A stretch of 64,000 nucleotides of DNA from an uncultured Oscillibacter sp. (GTDB lineage Bacteria; Bacillota; Clostridia; Oscillospirales; Oscillospiraceae), in contig CAMNRF010000002.1 of NCBI GenBank assembly GCA_946551795.1, positions 1,955 through 65,954 of the forward strand, written 5' to 3'. This document shows, one piece after another, positions 9,079 through 18,324 of this stretch. The position numbers and the translations under genes were made by a program. The notes beneath the pieces were generated by a model. That model was not told the DNA's origin and did no database searches. It worked only from the letters and a program-made list of their open reading frames with translations. How positions within the stretch are numbered: the stretch's first letter is position 1; each line of letters opens with the position of its first letter.

Positions 9079-9234
9079 GTCCGGCCTCCTCGTCGTGGCT
9101 TACGGGACCAGTATACCACAAATAATGGGATAAAAACAAGATTAAATAAGATTTTCCTGAAAATTTTTTCCAGCGAAAATGGAAAAATTATGGGAAATAC
9201 AGAAAGAATTAAGATTTCCAGCAGCCCCCATATT

Positions 9235-9251
9235 TGGCATGTTTTTTGCAT
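9235..9251 (+). promoter_or_regulatory. Sigma-54 -24/-12 promoter for the permease-peptidase operon
   Basis: TGGCATGTTTTTTGCAT, one mismatch from TGGCACG-N4-TTGCW. Confidence 0.85.
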
Positions 9252-9308
9252 ATAAACCATGAACAAGGCATCCAAATTGGAGCTGCATTTTTGAGAGAGG
9301 AGAAAACT

Positions 9309-10682
9309 ATGGAAAACAAAAACGAACAACAAGTTGGCCTGAAACGCGAAATGGGCCTGTTTGGCGGCGTCGGCATCATGGCCGGCATCGTCATCGGGTC
9401 CGGAATCTTCTACCTGGGCTCCTACGTCCTGCAGAGGACGAACATGAACCTGGGAATGGCGCTGATCTGCTGGATTGTGGGCGGCCTTGTGTCCATCCTG
9501 GGCGGCCTGTGCTTTGCGGAACTGGGCGCCTGCGACCCCGTTGCCGGCGGCATGGTGGTCTATCTGGACAAGGCGTATCACCCCGTGGTGGGCTATATGT
9601 ACGGCTTCACCAGCTGGCTGCTCAGCGGCGCCGGCTCCATCTCGGCGGGCGCCATCGCCCTGGTCACCACCCTGCGGACCTATTTCCCCATGTCCGACAT
9701 GACAGTGAAGATCGTGGCCATCGTCATCATCATCGCCCTGACCGCGTTCAACTGCCTGGGCATCAAGCTGGGCAGCATCCTGTCCAACGTCTCTTTGGTT
9801 GCGAAGCTCATCCCCATTGTCATCATCATCGCCGGCGCCCTGGTCATGGGCCGGCAGAGCCCCAACCTGAACCCCGTTCCCGCCGGCGGCTTTGAGGGCG
9901 GCATCGGCGGCGCCCTGAGCATGATCGCCTTCGCCACCGTGGCCACCCTGTGGGCCTACGAGGGCTGGACCAACGCCAACAACGTGGCCGAGGAGATCAA
10001 GGACCCCGGCAAGAACCTGCCCCGCATCCTGATCTTCGGCATCGGCGGCATCACGATTCTCTACACCGTGTTCAACTTCGCCCTCTATAAGGTGCTGCCC
10101 TATGAGGAGATCGTCTCCCGCATCAACGGCGACGACCTGTACCTGGGCACCGTGGTGGCCGAGCGGGTGTTCGGCGGCTTCGGCGGCGCGCTGGTGCTGG
10201 CGGCCATGCTGGTGGCCATGTTCGGCTCCATCAACGGCATGATCATCGCCTTCGCCCGCAACTACTACGCCATGGCCGTGGAGGGCCACTTCTTCCAGAG
10301 CTACAAGAAGATCCACCCCAAGTATCAGGTTCCCACCCACTCTCTGATCTGGCAGGCCATTATCTGCTCCATCCTGGTGCTGCTGCGGAATCTGGACCAG
10401 CTGACCAACCTGGTGGTCTTCTCCGGCATGGTGTTCAACACCCTGGTGGTGCTGGCCGTCATCATCTACCGGAAGAAGTATCCGGACCTGGAGCGTCCCT
10501 ACAAGGCCTGGGGCTATCCCGTCACCATCATCATCAGCGTGGTGCTCTTCGGCGCCCTGATGATCAACACCCTTGTGGAAGACCCCGTCACCTCCATCAT
10601 CGGACTGGTGGTGCCCGCCATCGGCGCTGTGACCTACTTCATCTTCGACGCGAAGATCAAAAAGGAGAAGGCCCAGCAGTAA
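9309..10682 (+). CDS. APC-family amino acid permease (LAT-like)
   Basis: Motifs GIVIGSGIF, GGLCFAELG, WAYEGW....AEEIKDP, RPYKAWGYP; about 12 hydrophobic segments. RBS GAGGAG before ATG at 9309. Confidence 0.92.
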   Translation: MENKNEQQVGLKREMGLFGGVGIMAGIVIGSGIFYLGSYVLQRTNMNLGMALICWIVGGLVSILGGLCFAELGACDPVAGGMVVYLDKAYHPVVGYMYGFTSWLLSGAGSISAGAIALVTTLRTYFPMSDMTVKIVAIVIIIALTAFNCLGIKLGSILSNVSLVAKLIPIVIIIAGALVMGRQSPNLNPVPAGGFEGGIGGALSMIAFATVATLWAYEGWTNANNVAEEIKDPGKNLPRILIFGIGGITILYTVFNFALYKVLPYEEIVSRINGDDLYLGTVVAERVFGGFGGALVLAAMLVAMFGSINGMIIAFARNYYAMAVEGHFFQSYKKIHPKYQVPTHSLIWQAIICSILVLLRNLDQLTNLVVFSGMVFNTLVVLAVIIYRKKYPDLERPYKAWGYPVTIIISVVLFGALMINTLVEDPVTSIIGLVVPAIGAVTYFIFDAKIKKEKAQQ

Positions 10683-10790
10683 TCCGCGCACAGACGCAGA
10701 ATAGAGGACCGGTATGCCCAGCGGTGATTCCGCCGCTGGGCATATCCAGTCGATTGTGAATCTCATTCAAATGATTGAGGAGGACGAACT

Positions 10791-11837
10791 ATGGGAATTC
10801 CTGAAGGCAGCTTGGAGCTTCACTCCAAATGGAAGCACGGGCCCCGGAATCTGATCACCGACGTGCCCGGCGTGAAGGTCGGACAGGTCACCATCCAGCA
10901 CGGGGAGGTCAACACCGGCGTTACGGCGATTCTTCCCCATGAGAGAAATCTCTTCCAGGAGAAGGTCATGGCCGGCACGGCCATCATCAACGGCTTCGGC
11001 AAGAGCGCGGGCCTTGTGCAGGTGGAGGAGCTGGGCACCATCGAGTCGCCCATCATTCTCACCAACACCCTCAGCGTCGGCACGGCCCTCACCGCCGCAG
11101 TGAAGCACATGATGGCCCAGAACCCGGACATCGGCGTGGAGACCGGCACGGTGAACTGCCTGGTGACCGAGTGCAACGACGGGCGGCTCAACGACATCCG
11201 GGGGCTCCACGTCACCGAGGAGCATGTGCTCCAGGCTTTGAAGAGCGCGGCGGAGGACTTTGAGGAGGGCGCCGTGGGCGGCGGCACCGGCATGGTGTGC
11301 CTGGGCCTGAAGGGCGGCATCGGCTCCTCCTCCCGGCAGCTGGAGGCGGACGGAAAGACCTATACCACCGGCGCGCTGGTCATGACCAACTTCGGCGCCG
11401 CCGGGAACCTGGTGATCGGCGGCCGCCACATCGACACCCGGAAGTGCAACGAGGAGTGCGGCCGGAACTTCAAGGACAGCGGCTCCATCATCATCATCAT
11501 CGGCACCGACGCGCCGCTGAACGAGCGCCAGCTCAAGCGGCTGGCCAAGCGGGCCATGATCTCCCTGGGCCGGGTGGGCTCCTACAGCGGCAACGGCAGC
11601 GGCGACATCGCCGTGGCCTTCACCACCGCCAACAACCAGCCCCATTACAGCGACAAGAACGTCTGGGACATGAAGATGTTCTACGACGAGAACATCGACT
11701 GGGTGTTTGAGTCCACGGTAGAGGCAGTAGAGGAGGCCATCATCAGCTCTCTCTACCATGCCAAGACCACCGTGGGCGTCCGCGGGAACAAGTATATGGG
11801 TCTGCTGGAGTTTATGGAAAAATACGAGAAGCAGTGA
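10791..11837 (+). CDS. dmpA: DmpA/P1 (S58) family aminopeptidase
   Basis: Motifs NLITDVPGVKVG, NGFGKS.GL, ECNDG, EEGAVGGGTGM, KGGIGSSSR, and the autoproteolytic G-S site GSIIIIIGTDAPL. Confidence 0.88.
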   Translation: MGIPEGSLELHSKWKHGPRNLITDVPGVKVGQVTIQHGEVNTGVTAILPHERNLFQEKVMAGTAIINGFGKSAGLVQVEELGTIESPIILTNTLSVGTALTAAVKHMMAQNPDIGVETGTVNCLVTECNDGRLNDIRGLHVTEEHVLQALKSAAEDFEEGAVGGGTGMVCLGLKGGIGSSSRQLEADGKTYTTGALVMTNFGAAGNLVIGGRHIDTRKCNEECGRNFKDSGSIIIIIGTDAPLNERQLKRLAKRAMISLGRVGSYSGNGSGDIAVAFTTANNQPHYSDKNVWDMKMFYDENIDWVFESTVEAVEEAIISSLYHAKTTVGVRGNKYMGLLEFMEKYEKQ

Positions 11838-11849
11838 CAGGAGGCCGAC

Positions 11850-12653
11850 ATGGAAAAGCGGTATTTTATCAGTGCTGACATTGAGGGCATCACGGACGTC
11901 ACCTTCTGGTCGGAGACCGAGGAGGGAAAACAGGGCTATGACGCGGCCTGCGAGCAGATGACCCGGGAGACCGCGGCGGCCTGCCGGGCGGTGCTGGCGG
12001 CGGGCGCGGTCCCGGTGGTCCGGGACGGCCACGGCGGCGCCTGCAACATCCGGCACATGGACCTGCCGGAGGGCACCGAGCTGATGCGGGGCTGGGCCTG
12101 CAGTCCCGCCTCCATGATGGCGGGACTGGACAGCACGTTCAGCGGTGTGATCTACATCGGCTACCATGCCCCCGCCGGCAGCGACGGCAGCCCCCTGGCC
12201 CACACCAGCGAGTATGAGCTGGTCCGGTGGGCGAAGATCAACGGACAGCTGGCGTCGGAGTTCACCCTGAACTCCCTGTACGCGGCGTCCTTTGGGGTTC
12301 CGTCCCTGTTCCTCAGCGGCGACGAGGCCATGTGCCGCATGGCGGAGGCGGAGATCCCCGGCCTCACCACGGTGGCGGTGAAACGCTGCAAGGGGAATTC
12401 CACCTGGAACATCCACCCCAAGACGGCGGAAAAGGCCATCGAGGAGGCCGTGGCGAAGCAGCTGGCCGCCGGCGTGCCGGCGGTTCCCCAGGTGCCGGAG
12501 ACCATGGTGCTGGACCTGTGCCTGCCCACCCATCAGTCGGTGCGCTCGGCCTGCCGGCTGCCCGGCGTGGAGAAGATCGCCGACGACGTGGTGCGCTACA
12601 CCGCCAAGACTACCGAGGAGCTGAAGATGATCTGCGAGCTGATCATGGGCTGA
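11850..12653 (+). CDS. M55 family D-aminopeptidase (DppA-like)
   Basis: Zn-binding motifs ISADIEG, RDGHG, GYHA, LAHT, SE, LSGD. Confidence 0.9.
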   Translation: MEKRYFISADIEGITDVTFWSETEEGKQGYDAACEQMTRETAAACRAVLAAGAVPVVRDGHGGACNIRHMDLPEGTELMRGWACSPASMMAGLDSTFSGVIYIGYHAPAGSDGSPLAHTSEYELVRWAKINGQLASEFTLNSLYAASFGVPSLFLSGDEAMCRMAEAEIPGLTTVAVKRCKGNSTWNIHPKTAEKAIEEAVAKQLAAGVPAVPQVPETMVLDLCLPTHQSVRSACRLPGVEKIADDVVRYTAKTTEELKMICELIMG

Positions 12654-12736
12654 CGGGGGACCGCGGTCAAAGGGGCGGATTTCCCAGATACCCGGCGGCG
12701 TGAGAGCCGCCGTCCATATCTTTCGCGCTGAGACAG

Positions 12737-12775
12737 ACGCGGCCCTGACTTCCCAAAAGTCAGGGCCGCGTTTTC
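12737..12775 (+). terminator. Intrinsic terminator of the permease-peptidase operon
   Basis: ACGCGGCCCTGACTT/AAGTCAGGGCCGCGT followed by TTT. Confidence 0.7.
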
Positions 12776-12829
12776 TCTTGAAATACCACTTGGAGACGGC
12801 GGAGGGCCGCCTTTGAGGTCCTGTTCCCG

Positions 12830-13480
12830 CTATGAGCTGGGAGAGTCGGGAGCCTCAGCGTAATCCGCTTCCGTGATCGGGCCGAGACGCGCCATACATG
12901 GCGTGTGCCGGTCCTTTTGAAATTCCGGCAGGCTCAGCAAGAACGGTTTGTCCTTCCCGTGCCACAACAGGTATGCGTCGTCATCGATCACGCCGTAGAG
13001 ATTTCCTCCGCACCAGACCAGGTACAGCGGGTGATTCTCAGAAGTCATTGGCGCCAGGGCGTTCAGTCGCTTCTGCGTGTAAGTGCCCGCCCTCCACAGG
13101 AGGACATCCCGGGAGATGATCTCCGCACCCGGATATGCGGGATCGGCGCGATAGGTCTCCACTGTGTAAATATTCCGCATATGGACCGGGGCGGCTGAGC
13201 TGCTGTAGATAAGTTTCTCCACTGTGTCGTCAAATCCCTCTTCATCCAGCGGTGCTTGAAACAGATAGAACCAGCCGGCGCTGTGTTCTTCCAGATACGG
13301 GTGGTACGGTTCACAGCTGGCGATATAGAGCGTGGAACCGACGCCGTTTCCGGAGGGCAGGGGAGAGACGGGATAGGTTCTCATGTGCCGGCCGGCCTGG
13401 ATCGATATGGCGGCGGCAATCACGGCGGCCGCGGCAATCACGATTTTCCCCTTCGCGGAGATTCTTCTCAGCCTGTTCAC
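12830..13480 (-). CDS. Hypothetical protein with N-terminal signal/anchor
   Basis: 216-aa ORF directly downstream of the amidohydrolase, with a basic then hydrophobic N-terminus. Visibly lower GC than its flanks. Confidence 0.55.
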   Translation of the reverse strand: MNRLRRISAKGKIVIAAAAVIAAAISIQAGRHMRTYPVSPLPSGNGVGSTLYIASCEPYHPYLEEHSAGWFYLFQAPLDEEGFDDTVEKLIYSSSAAPVHMRNIYTVETYRADPAYPGAEIISRDVLLWRAGTYTQKRLNALAPMTSENHPLYLVWCGGNLYGVIDDDAYLLWHGKDKPFLLSLPEFQKDRHTPCMARLGPITEADYAEAPDSPSS

Positions 13481-13492
13481 ACGGGGTGTGCC

Positions 13493-15076
13493 TCAGGCGT
13501 GATAGACTGTCTTTCCGCCCACCACGGTCTCCAGGACGACAGCCTTGGTGAAGTCCTCCGGCGGGATCTGGAACAGGTCCCGGTCCAGCACCACCAGGTC
13601 CGCCAGCTTGCCCAGCTCCAGCGTGCCCCGGACCTCCTCGTCCCGGCCGCTCCAGGCGGCGTCGCAGGTGAAGAGGCGGATGGCCTCCTCCGCCGTCAGG
13701 GCCTGCTCCGGCAGATAGGTGCGGTCTCCGGCCCGGTTTTTGCGGCTGACGGCGGCGCGCATGTTGTCCAGGATGTCGAAGGGCTCCACCGGGCAGTCGG
13801 AGCCGCCGCTGGTGTGGATGCCCATGTCCCGCATGGTCTTCCACTGGTAGCAGTCCCTGGCGTGGGCCTCGCCCACCCGCTGGGTGATGACCTCCATGTC
13901 CGCGTCGATGAAGATGGGCTGGATGAAGGCCTGGAGCCCCAGGGCGCGCATCCGCTCCAGCAGCTCCGGAGAGGTGACCTGGGCGTGGACGACGCCGTGG
14001 CGGTGGTCCGGCCACGGGTCCTCCCGCAGGACCCGCTCCACGGTGTCGCAGAACTTTTTCAGCGCCAGGTCGCCGATGGCGTGGCAGGCCACGTCCAGCC
14101 GCTGGGCGTGGGCGTCCCGGACCATCTCGTAGAGCTCCTGGGGGGTGTAGTTGGCGATGCCGAAGTTGTCGGGCTCGTCCACATAGCCGTCGATCATCTC
14201 GGCGGACTTGGCGCCCAGGGAGCCGTCCTCCAGCAGCTTCCGGCAGGCCAGGCGCACCATGCCGGTGTGGTCCACCTCCGCGGGGCGCAGGGCCAGCAGC
14301 GCCGGGAACTGGGCCTGGCTCACCAGGCACTGCTCGTGGATGCGGATGGTCAGCTCTCCGTCCCGCTCCATGTCCTGAAAGACCTTCAGCACGTGGTCCG
14401 GCGCCACGCCCGGCACGGACTGGAGGTCGTCGGAGTGGATGGCCACGATGCCGCCGGCGTTCATATCCCGCTGGGCCAGGCGGACCAGGCGGCGGATCTC
14501 CTCGTCGTCGGCGGGAGGCATGACGTCCAGATAGAAGTCCACCGCGCTCTCCCGCAGATGGCCCTTCTCATAGTCCACGCCGGCCAGCATATCCGGCTTG
14601 GCGTCCTTCATCTCCCGGATGCGGTCCAGCATCACGCTGTTGCAGGCGGCGATGTGGACGCAGGCCCGGATGGCGCAGACGGGGATCTCCGTGGAGATCT
14701 GATCCAGGTCCTCCTTGGTCAGCAGGCGGCCCTCCTTCATCATCTCCTGATTCCAGCCCACGGCCACCAGGTAGGAGGGGTGTTCCTGCTCAATGCGCTC
14801 CCGGCAGATCCGGATGGCCTCCGGGATGGAGTCCACGCCGAAGAGGGCCACGTTGCGCTGGTGGACGGCGTAGTGGATCATGTGCATATGGGAGTCCTGG
14901 AAGCCGGGGAGCATGAGGGCGCCCTTCAGGTCGGTCCGCTCGTCCCAGGGCAGGGCGGCGGACTCCTCACTGCTGCCGAGGAAGACGATCTTCTGGTCCT
15001 CCGTGCCAAGGGCCTGATAGATCCGGTTTTCCGGGTCGATGCTGGCGATTTTTCCGTTGTACCACAGTCTGCGCAT
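13493..15076 (-). CDS. Amidohydrolase, YtcJ-like (Amidohydro_3)
   Basis: Motifs PGFQDSHMH, K...DGSLG, HAIGD, HAQ, GSDCPV, GTLE.GKLADLVVLD. Confidence 0.9.
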   Translation of the reverse strand: MRRLWYNGKIASIDPENRIYQALGTEDQKIVFLGSSEESAALPWDERTDLKGALMLPGFQDSHMHMIHYAVHQRNVALFGVDSIPEAIRICRERIEQEHPSYLVAVGWNQEMMKEGRLLTKEDLDQISTEIPVCAIRACVHIAACNSVMLDRIREMKDAKPDMLAGVDYEKGHLRESAVDFYLDVMPPADDEEIRRLVRLAQRDMNAGGIVAIHSDDLQSVPGVAPDHVLKVFQDMERDGELTIRIHEQCLVSQAQFPALLALRPAEVDHTGMVRLACRKLLEDGSLGAKSAEMIDGYVDEPDNFGIANYTPQELYEMVRDAHAQRLDVACHAIGDLALKKFCDTVERVLREDPWPDHRHGVVHAQVTSPELLERMRALGLQAFIQPIFIDADMEVITQRVGEAHARDCYQWKTMRDMGIHTSGGSDCPVEPFDILDNMRAAVSRKNRAGDRTYLPEQALTAEEAIRLFTCDAAWSGRDEEVRGTLELGKLADLVVLDRDLFQIPPEDFTKAVVLETVVGGKTVYHA

Positions 15077-15309
15077 AGCTGTTCCGTCCTTTCCACGTCT
15101 GATTTGCCCTGCGCGGGCGGGAAAATGGCGGCAATCCCAATAGCAGCCGCTTTATACGGACTATTATACCATAGCTTTTCCCTGGGGAAAAGGAAAAGTT
15201 TGGAGTTTTTTCATAATTTCAGCGGGCGGTGTGCGGGGCTTTCCGGCGAAGTGCCGCCCGGCGGGAGGATCGGGGGAAACGGTATGCGGGCGGAGGCGCC
15301 GTCCGCGGA

Positions 15310-15555
15310 TCAGCGCGGAGCGTCCGCGGCGGATTGAGAGAGAAAGTCGGAGACCATGCCCATCAGCTGCCCGGGACAGAGCTGGAGGGCCGTACCCTGC
15401 TGGGCCAGTCTGGCAGCCGCCTCCCGGTCGTCGGAGAAGGGGGCGATGACGGCTGTTGTGACCCACGCTCCGTCCTGCTCCCGGGCGCCGAGAATGCCGT
15501 AGAGATCACGGGAGGAAAGCGGGGGTCTCATTTTTGCTGCTTCATAGCGATACAT
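15310..15555 (-). CDS. Small DUF6514-like protein
   Basis: RBS AGGAGGTG before ATG at 15555. Pattern YGI.........S.D...A..LA.......L.P..L...V.DFL. Confidence 0.6.
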   Translation of the reverse strand: MYRYEAAKMRPPLSSRDLYGILGAREQDGAWVTTAVIAPFSDDREAAARLAQQGTALQLCPGQLMGMVSDFLSQSAADAPR

Positions 15556-15632
15556 GCGGCGCACCTCCTGTCTTCAGACCGTGGGGCGGCCCTTGGCAAA
15601 TGAGGCCCATGGGACAGGCAGAGTGCCGGGGA

Positions 15633-15968
15633 TCATTTCTGCAGCACCTCCGTAATGGCGCGAAGGTGCGCCGTGACTGTTTTCTGGTCCTCTCCGGACA
15701 GGCGGGAAAACCACTCAAAGTATCTTAAAAGCGCCGCCAGGGCGTCCAGATTTTCCGTGGGGATCATCTCACCTGTCAGTGTGCTCAAAGGGAGATTCAG
15801 GCGTCCGGCTATGTGGAGGGCGGTGTGGAGCGAGGTGTTTCCGTCCTTTAAAATATCCTGCAGCGTGGATTTTGGAATGTCCAATTCCTCTGAGAATTCA
15901 GTGAGGTTTGCGTTGTTGATCTTGCGGATTGCCTCCAGGCTTTTTGCGAAATGGCCGCATTGATTCAT
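15633..15968 (-). CDS. XRE-family HTH regulator
   Basis: L..IRK.....L.EFSEELDIPKSTLQ.I..G..SL.T...IA..L; RBS AGGAGG. Confidence 0.8.
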   Translation of the reverse strand: MNQCGHFAKSLEAIRKINNANLTEFSEELDIPKSTLQDILKDGNTSLHTALHIAGRLNLPLSTLTGEMIPTENLDALAALLRYFEWFSRLSGEDQKTVTAHLRAITEVLQK

Positions 15969-16117
15969 ACGGGATTCCCCTCCTTTTTCTAGATTAAGGA
16001 TAAAGGAATTCCAAAGAATTGTGGGGCCGAATTTCCGGTTTGCCGGACGGTTTTCCGGCGCGGACGGCGGGGGGAACCGCAGGGGCGGCAGCCGCCGCGG
16101 CGCCGCGCCCTGGGACA

Positions 16118-16159
16118 GAAAAGCGGTATGCCGCCCGGAGAGGCGGCATACCGCTTTTG
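16118..16159 (-). terminator. Intrinsic terminator after the MMPL gene
   Basis: AAAAGCGGTATGCCGC/GCGGCATACCGCTTTT. Confidence 0.75.
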
Positions 16160-16167
16160 CGTGCAGC

Positions 16168-18303
16168 TCACGGCTTTTCCGCCGCCGCTGGCTGCGGGGC
16201 CTCGGCGGAAGCCCGGCTCTTCTCCGCTTTGGCTCTGCGCCAGTGGAGGCTTGTTTTGTTGATCAGCGGCTCGCACACGCAGAGGATGGAGGGCATGAGG
16301 AACATGCTCATCACCGCTGAGATCAGGGCGCCCCGGGCCAGCATGACGCAGATGGAGCTGATGATCTCGATCTCCGAGATCAATCCCACCCCCAGGGTGG
16401 CGCAGAACATCACCAGGGAGCTGGTGATGATGGAGCCGTCGGAGGCGGTGGCGGCGATCTCGATGGCCTCCGCGGAGGGCCTGCCGCTCTGGAGCTCCTC
16501 CCGGAACCGGGTGGCCAGCAAAATTGCGTAGTCCACCGTGGCGCCCAGCTGGACGCAGCCGATGATGGTGGGGGAGACGAAGGGGATGACGGTGCCGGTG
16601 AAGTAGGGGATGCCCTGGTTGATGAAGATGGCCAGCTCGATGGCCGCCACCAGCACCACCGGCATGGAGAGGGAGCGGAACACCCAGGCCACGATCAGCA
16701 ATATCGCGCCGATGGAGATGTAGTTGGTCACCTGGAAGTCCACGGCGGAGGTGGTGATCAGATCGTCGGTGAGGGCGGCCTCGCCGGTGATCAGGGCCTC
16801 CGGGTCGTAGCGTTTTACCAGCTCGTTCAGCGTTTTCAGCTGGGCCGACACCTCGTCGGAGGCGGTGGCGTACTCGGAGTTCACCATCAGCAGCTGGTAT
16901 CCGCCCTGCTTGAGCATATTCCGCACCTCCTCCGGGATGAAGAAGTCCGGGATGCCGGAGCCCAGCATGGCGTGGTAGGAGAGAACGGAGGTGACGCCGC
17001 CGGTGTCCCGGATGGCGGACTCCAGCTGGTTCATATCCGTGGCGGGGATGTCGTCCCGCAGGAGGATGAAGTGGGACCCGGCCATGTCGAACTCGTCCTT
17101 GAGCTTGTTGTTGGCCACGATAGAGGCCATGTCCTGGGGCAGGGCCTCGTCCAGCTTGTAGTAGACGCCGGTGTGGGACTGGGCGTACACCGCCGGGAGG
17201 AAGAGAATCAGGAAGAGGGCCATCAGCCATTTCCGGCGGCGGATCACCGCGTGGTTGAGCCTGGTGAAGTCCGGCAGGAGGCTCCTGTGGGTGTGCTTTT
17301 CGATCTGCTTGTCAAAGAGCAGCAGCAGGGCGGGCAGCACCAGCACCACGGTGGCCACCCCCAGCACCACGCCCTTGGCCATGACGATGCCGATGTCCCG
17401 GCCCAGGGTCAGCCGCATGAAGCACAGGGCCAGAAAGCCGGCGATGGTGGTGAGGCTGGAGCCGGAGAGGGAGGTGAAGGCCGCCGTGATGGCCTTGGCC
17501 ATGGCGTCCCGCTTGTCGTCCCAGTGGGCCTGCTCCTCCTTGTAGCGGTGGTAGAGGAAGATGGAGTAGTCCATGGTGACGCCCAGCTGTAAGACGGCGG
17601 CGATGGCCTGGGTGATGTAGGAGATCTCCCCCAGGAAGATGTTGGTGCCGAAGTTGTAGACAATGGCCATGCCGATGCTGGCGAGAAAGACGAAGGGCAG
17701 CACCACGGACTCCATGGTGAGGGACATGGCGGCCAGGGACAGCACCACCGCCAGCCCCACGTAGACGGGCAGCTCCCGGTCCACCAGGTCCTTGGTGTCC
17801 TTGATGACCACGGAGAATCCCGCCAGGAAGCACTTCTCGCTGCAGATAGCCCGGATGGCGTCGATGGCCTCCATGGTCTCCTGGTCCGCGCCGGACTTGT
17901 CGTACTGGATGATCATCATGGTGGCCTCGCCGGCGTAGAACATCTCCCGCAGCCCGGCGGGGATGAAGTCGATGGGGATCTGGATGCCCACGGCGTTGGA
18001 CAGCCACACGGCGTTGGAGACGCTGGGCACGTCCTTGATGGCGTTGATGAGGTCATTGGTGTAGGCGGCGGGCATCCCCTCCACGATGAGCATGCTGGTG
18101 GCGGCCATGTGGAAGGGCTCCTCCAGCAGCCGCTCCCCCTGGGAGGACTCCAGGTCCTGGGGCAGGTAGGTGAGGATGTCGTAGTTGACCCGGGTGCCCA
18201 CATAGCCCAGGGCGGAGGGGATCAGCAGCGCCGCGGCGATGAGGGCCACCAGCTTGGGCTTTCGGGTCAGCAGGCGGGCGATTCGGTCAAGCAAAGAAAA
18301 CAC
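16168..18303 (-). CDS. MMPL/RND-family transporter
   Basis: Two-fold repeat with LQLGVTMDYSIFL and VQLGATVDYAILL; S.LTT..GF motif. Confidence 0.88.
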   Translation of the reverse strand: MFSLLDRIARLLTRKPKLVALIAAALLIPSALGYVGTRVNYDILTYLPQDLESSQGERLLEEPFHMAATSMLIVEGMPAAYTNDLINAIKDVPSVSNAVWLSNAVGIQIPIDFIPAGLREMFYAGEATMMIIQYDKSGADQETMEAIDAIRAICSEKCFLAGFSVVIKDTKDLVDRELPVYVGLAVVLSLAAMSLTMESVVLPFVFLASIGMAIVYNFGTNIFLGEISYITQAIAAVLQLGVTMDYSIFLYHRYKEEQAHWDDKRDAMAKAITAAFTSLSGSSLTTIAGFLALCFMRLTLGRDIGIVMAKGVVLGVATVVLVLPALLLLFDKQIEKHTHRSLLPDFTRLNHAVIRRRKWLMALFLILFLPAVYAQSHTGVYYKLDEALPQDMASIVANNKLKDEFDMAGSHFILLRDDIPATDMNQLESAIRDTGGVTSVLSYHAMLGSGIPDFFIPEEVRNMLKQGGYQLLMVNSEYATASDEVSAQLKTLNELVKRYDPEALITGEAALTDDLITTSAVDFQVTNYISIGAILLIVAWVFRSLSMPVVLVAAIELAIFINQGIPYFTGTVIPFVSPTIIGCVQLGATVDYAILLATRFREELQSGRPSAEAIEIAATASDGSIITSSLVMFCATLGVGLISEIEIISSICVMLARGALISAVMSMFLMPSILCVCEPLINKTSLHWRRAKAEKSRASAEAPQPAAAEKP

Positions 18304-18324
18304 CGTCCATTCTCAGTAGTTGCG

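Noticed and set aside
15310-15968. Prophage or ICE remnant around the XRE genes
   Set aside because: No integrase, att-like repeats, or phage or conjugation genes anywhere in the window.
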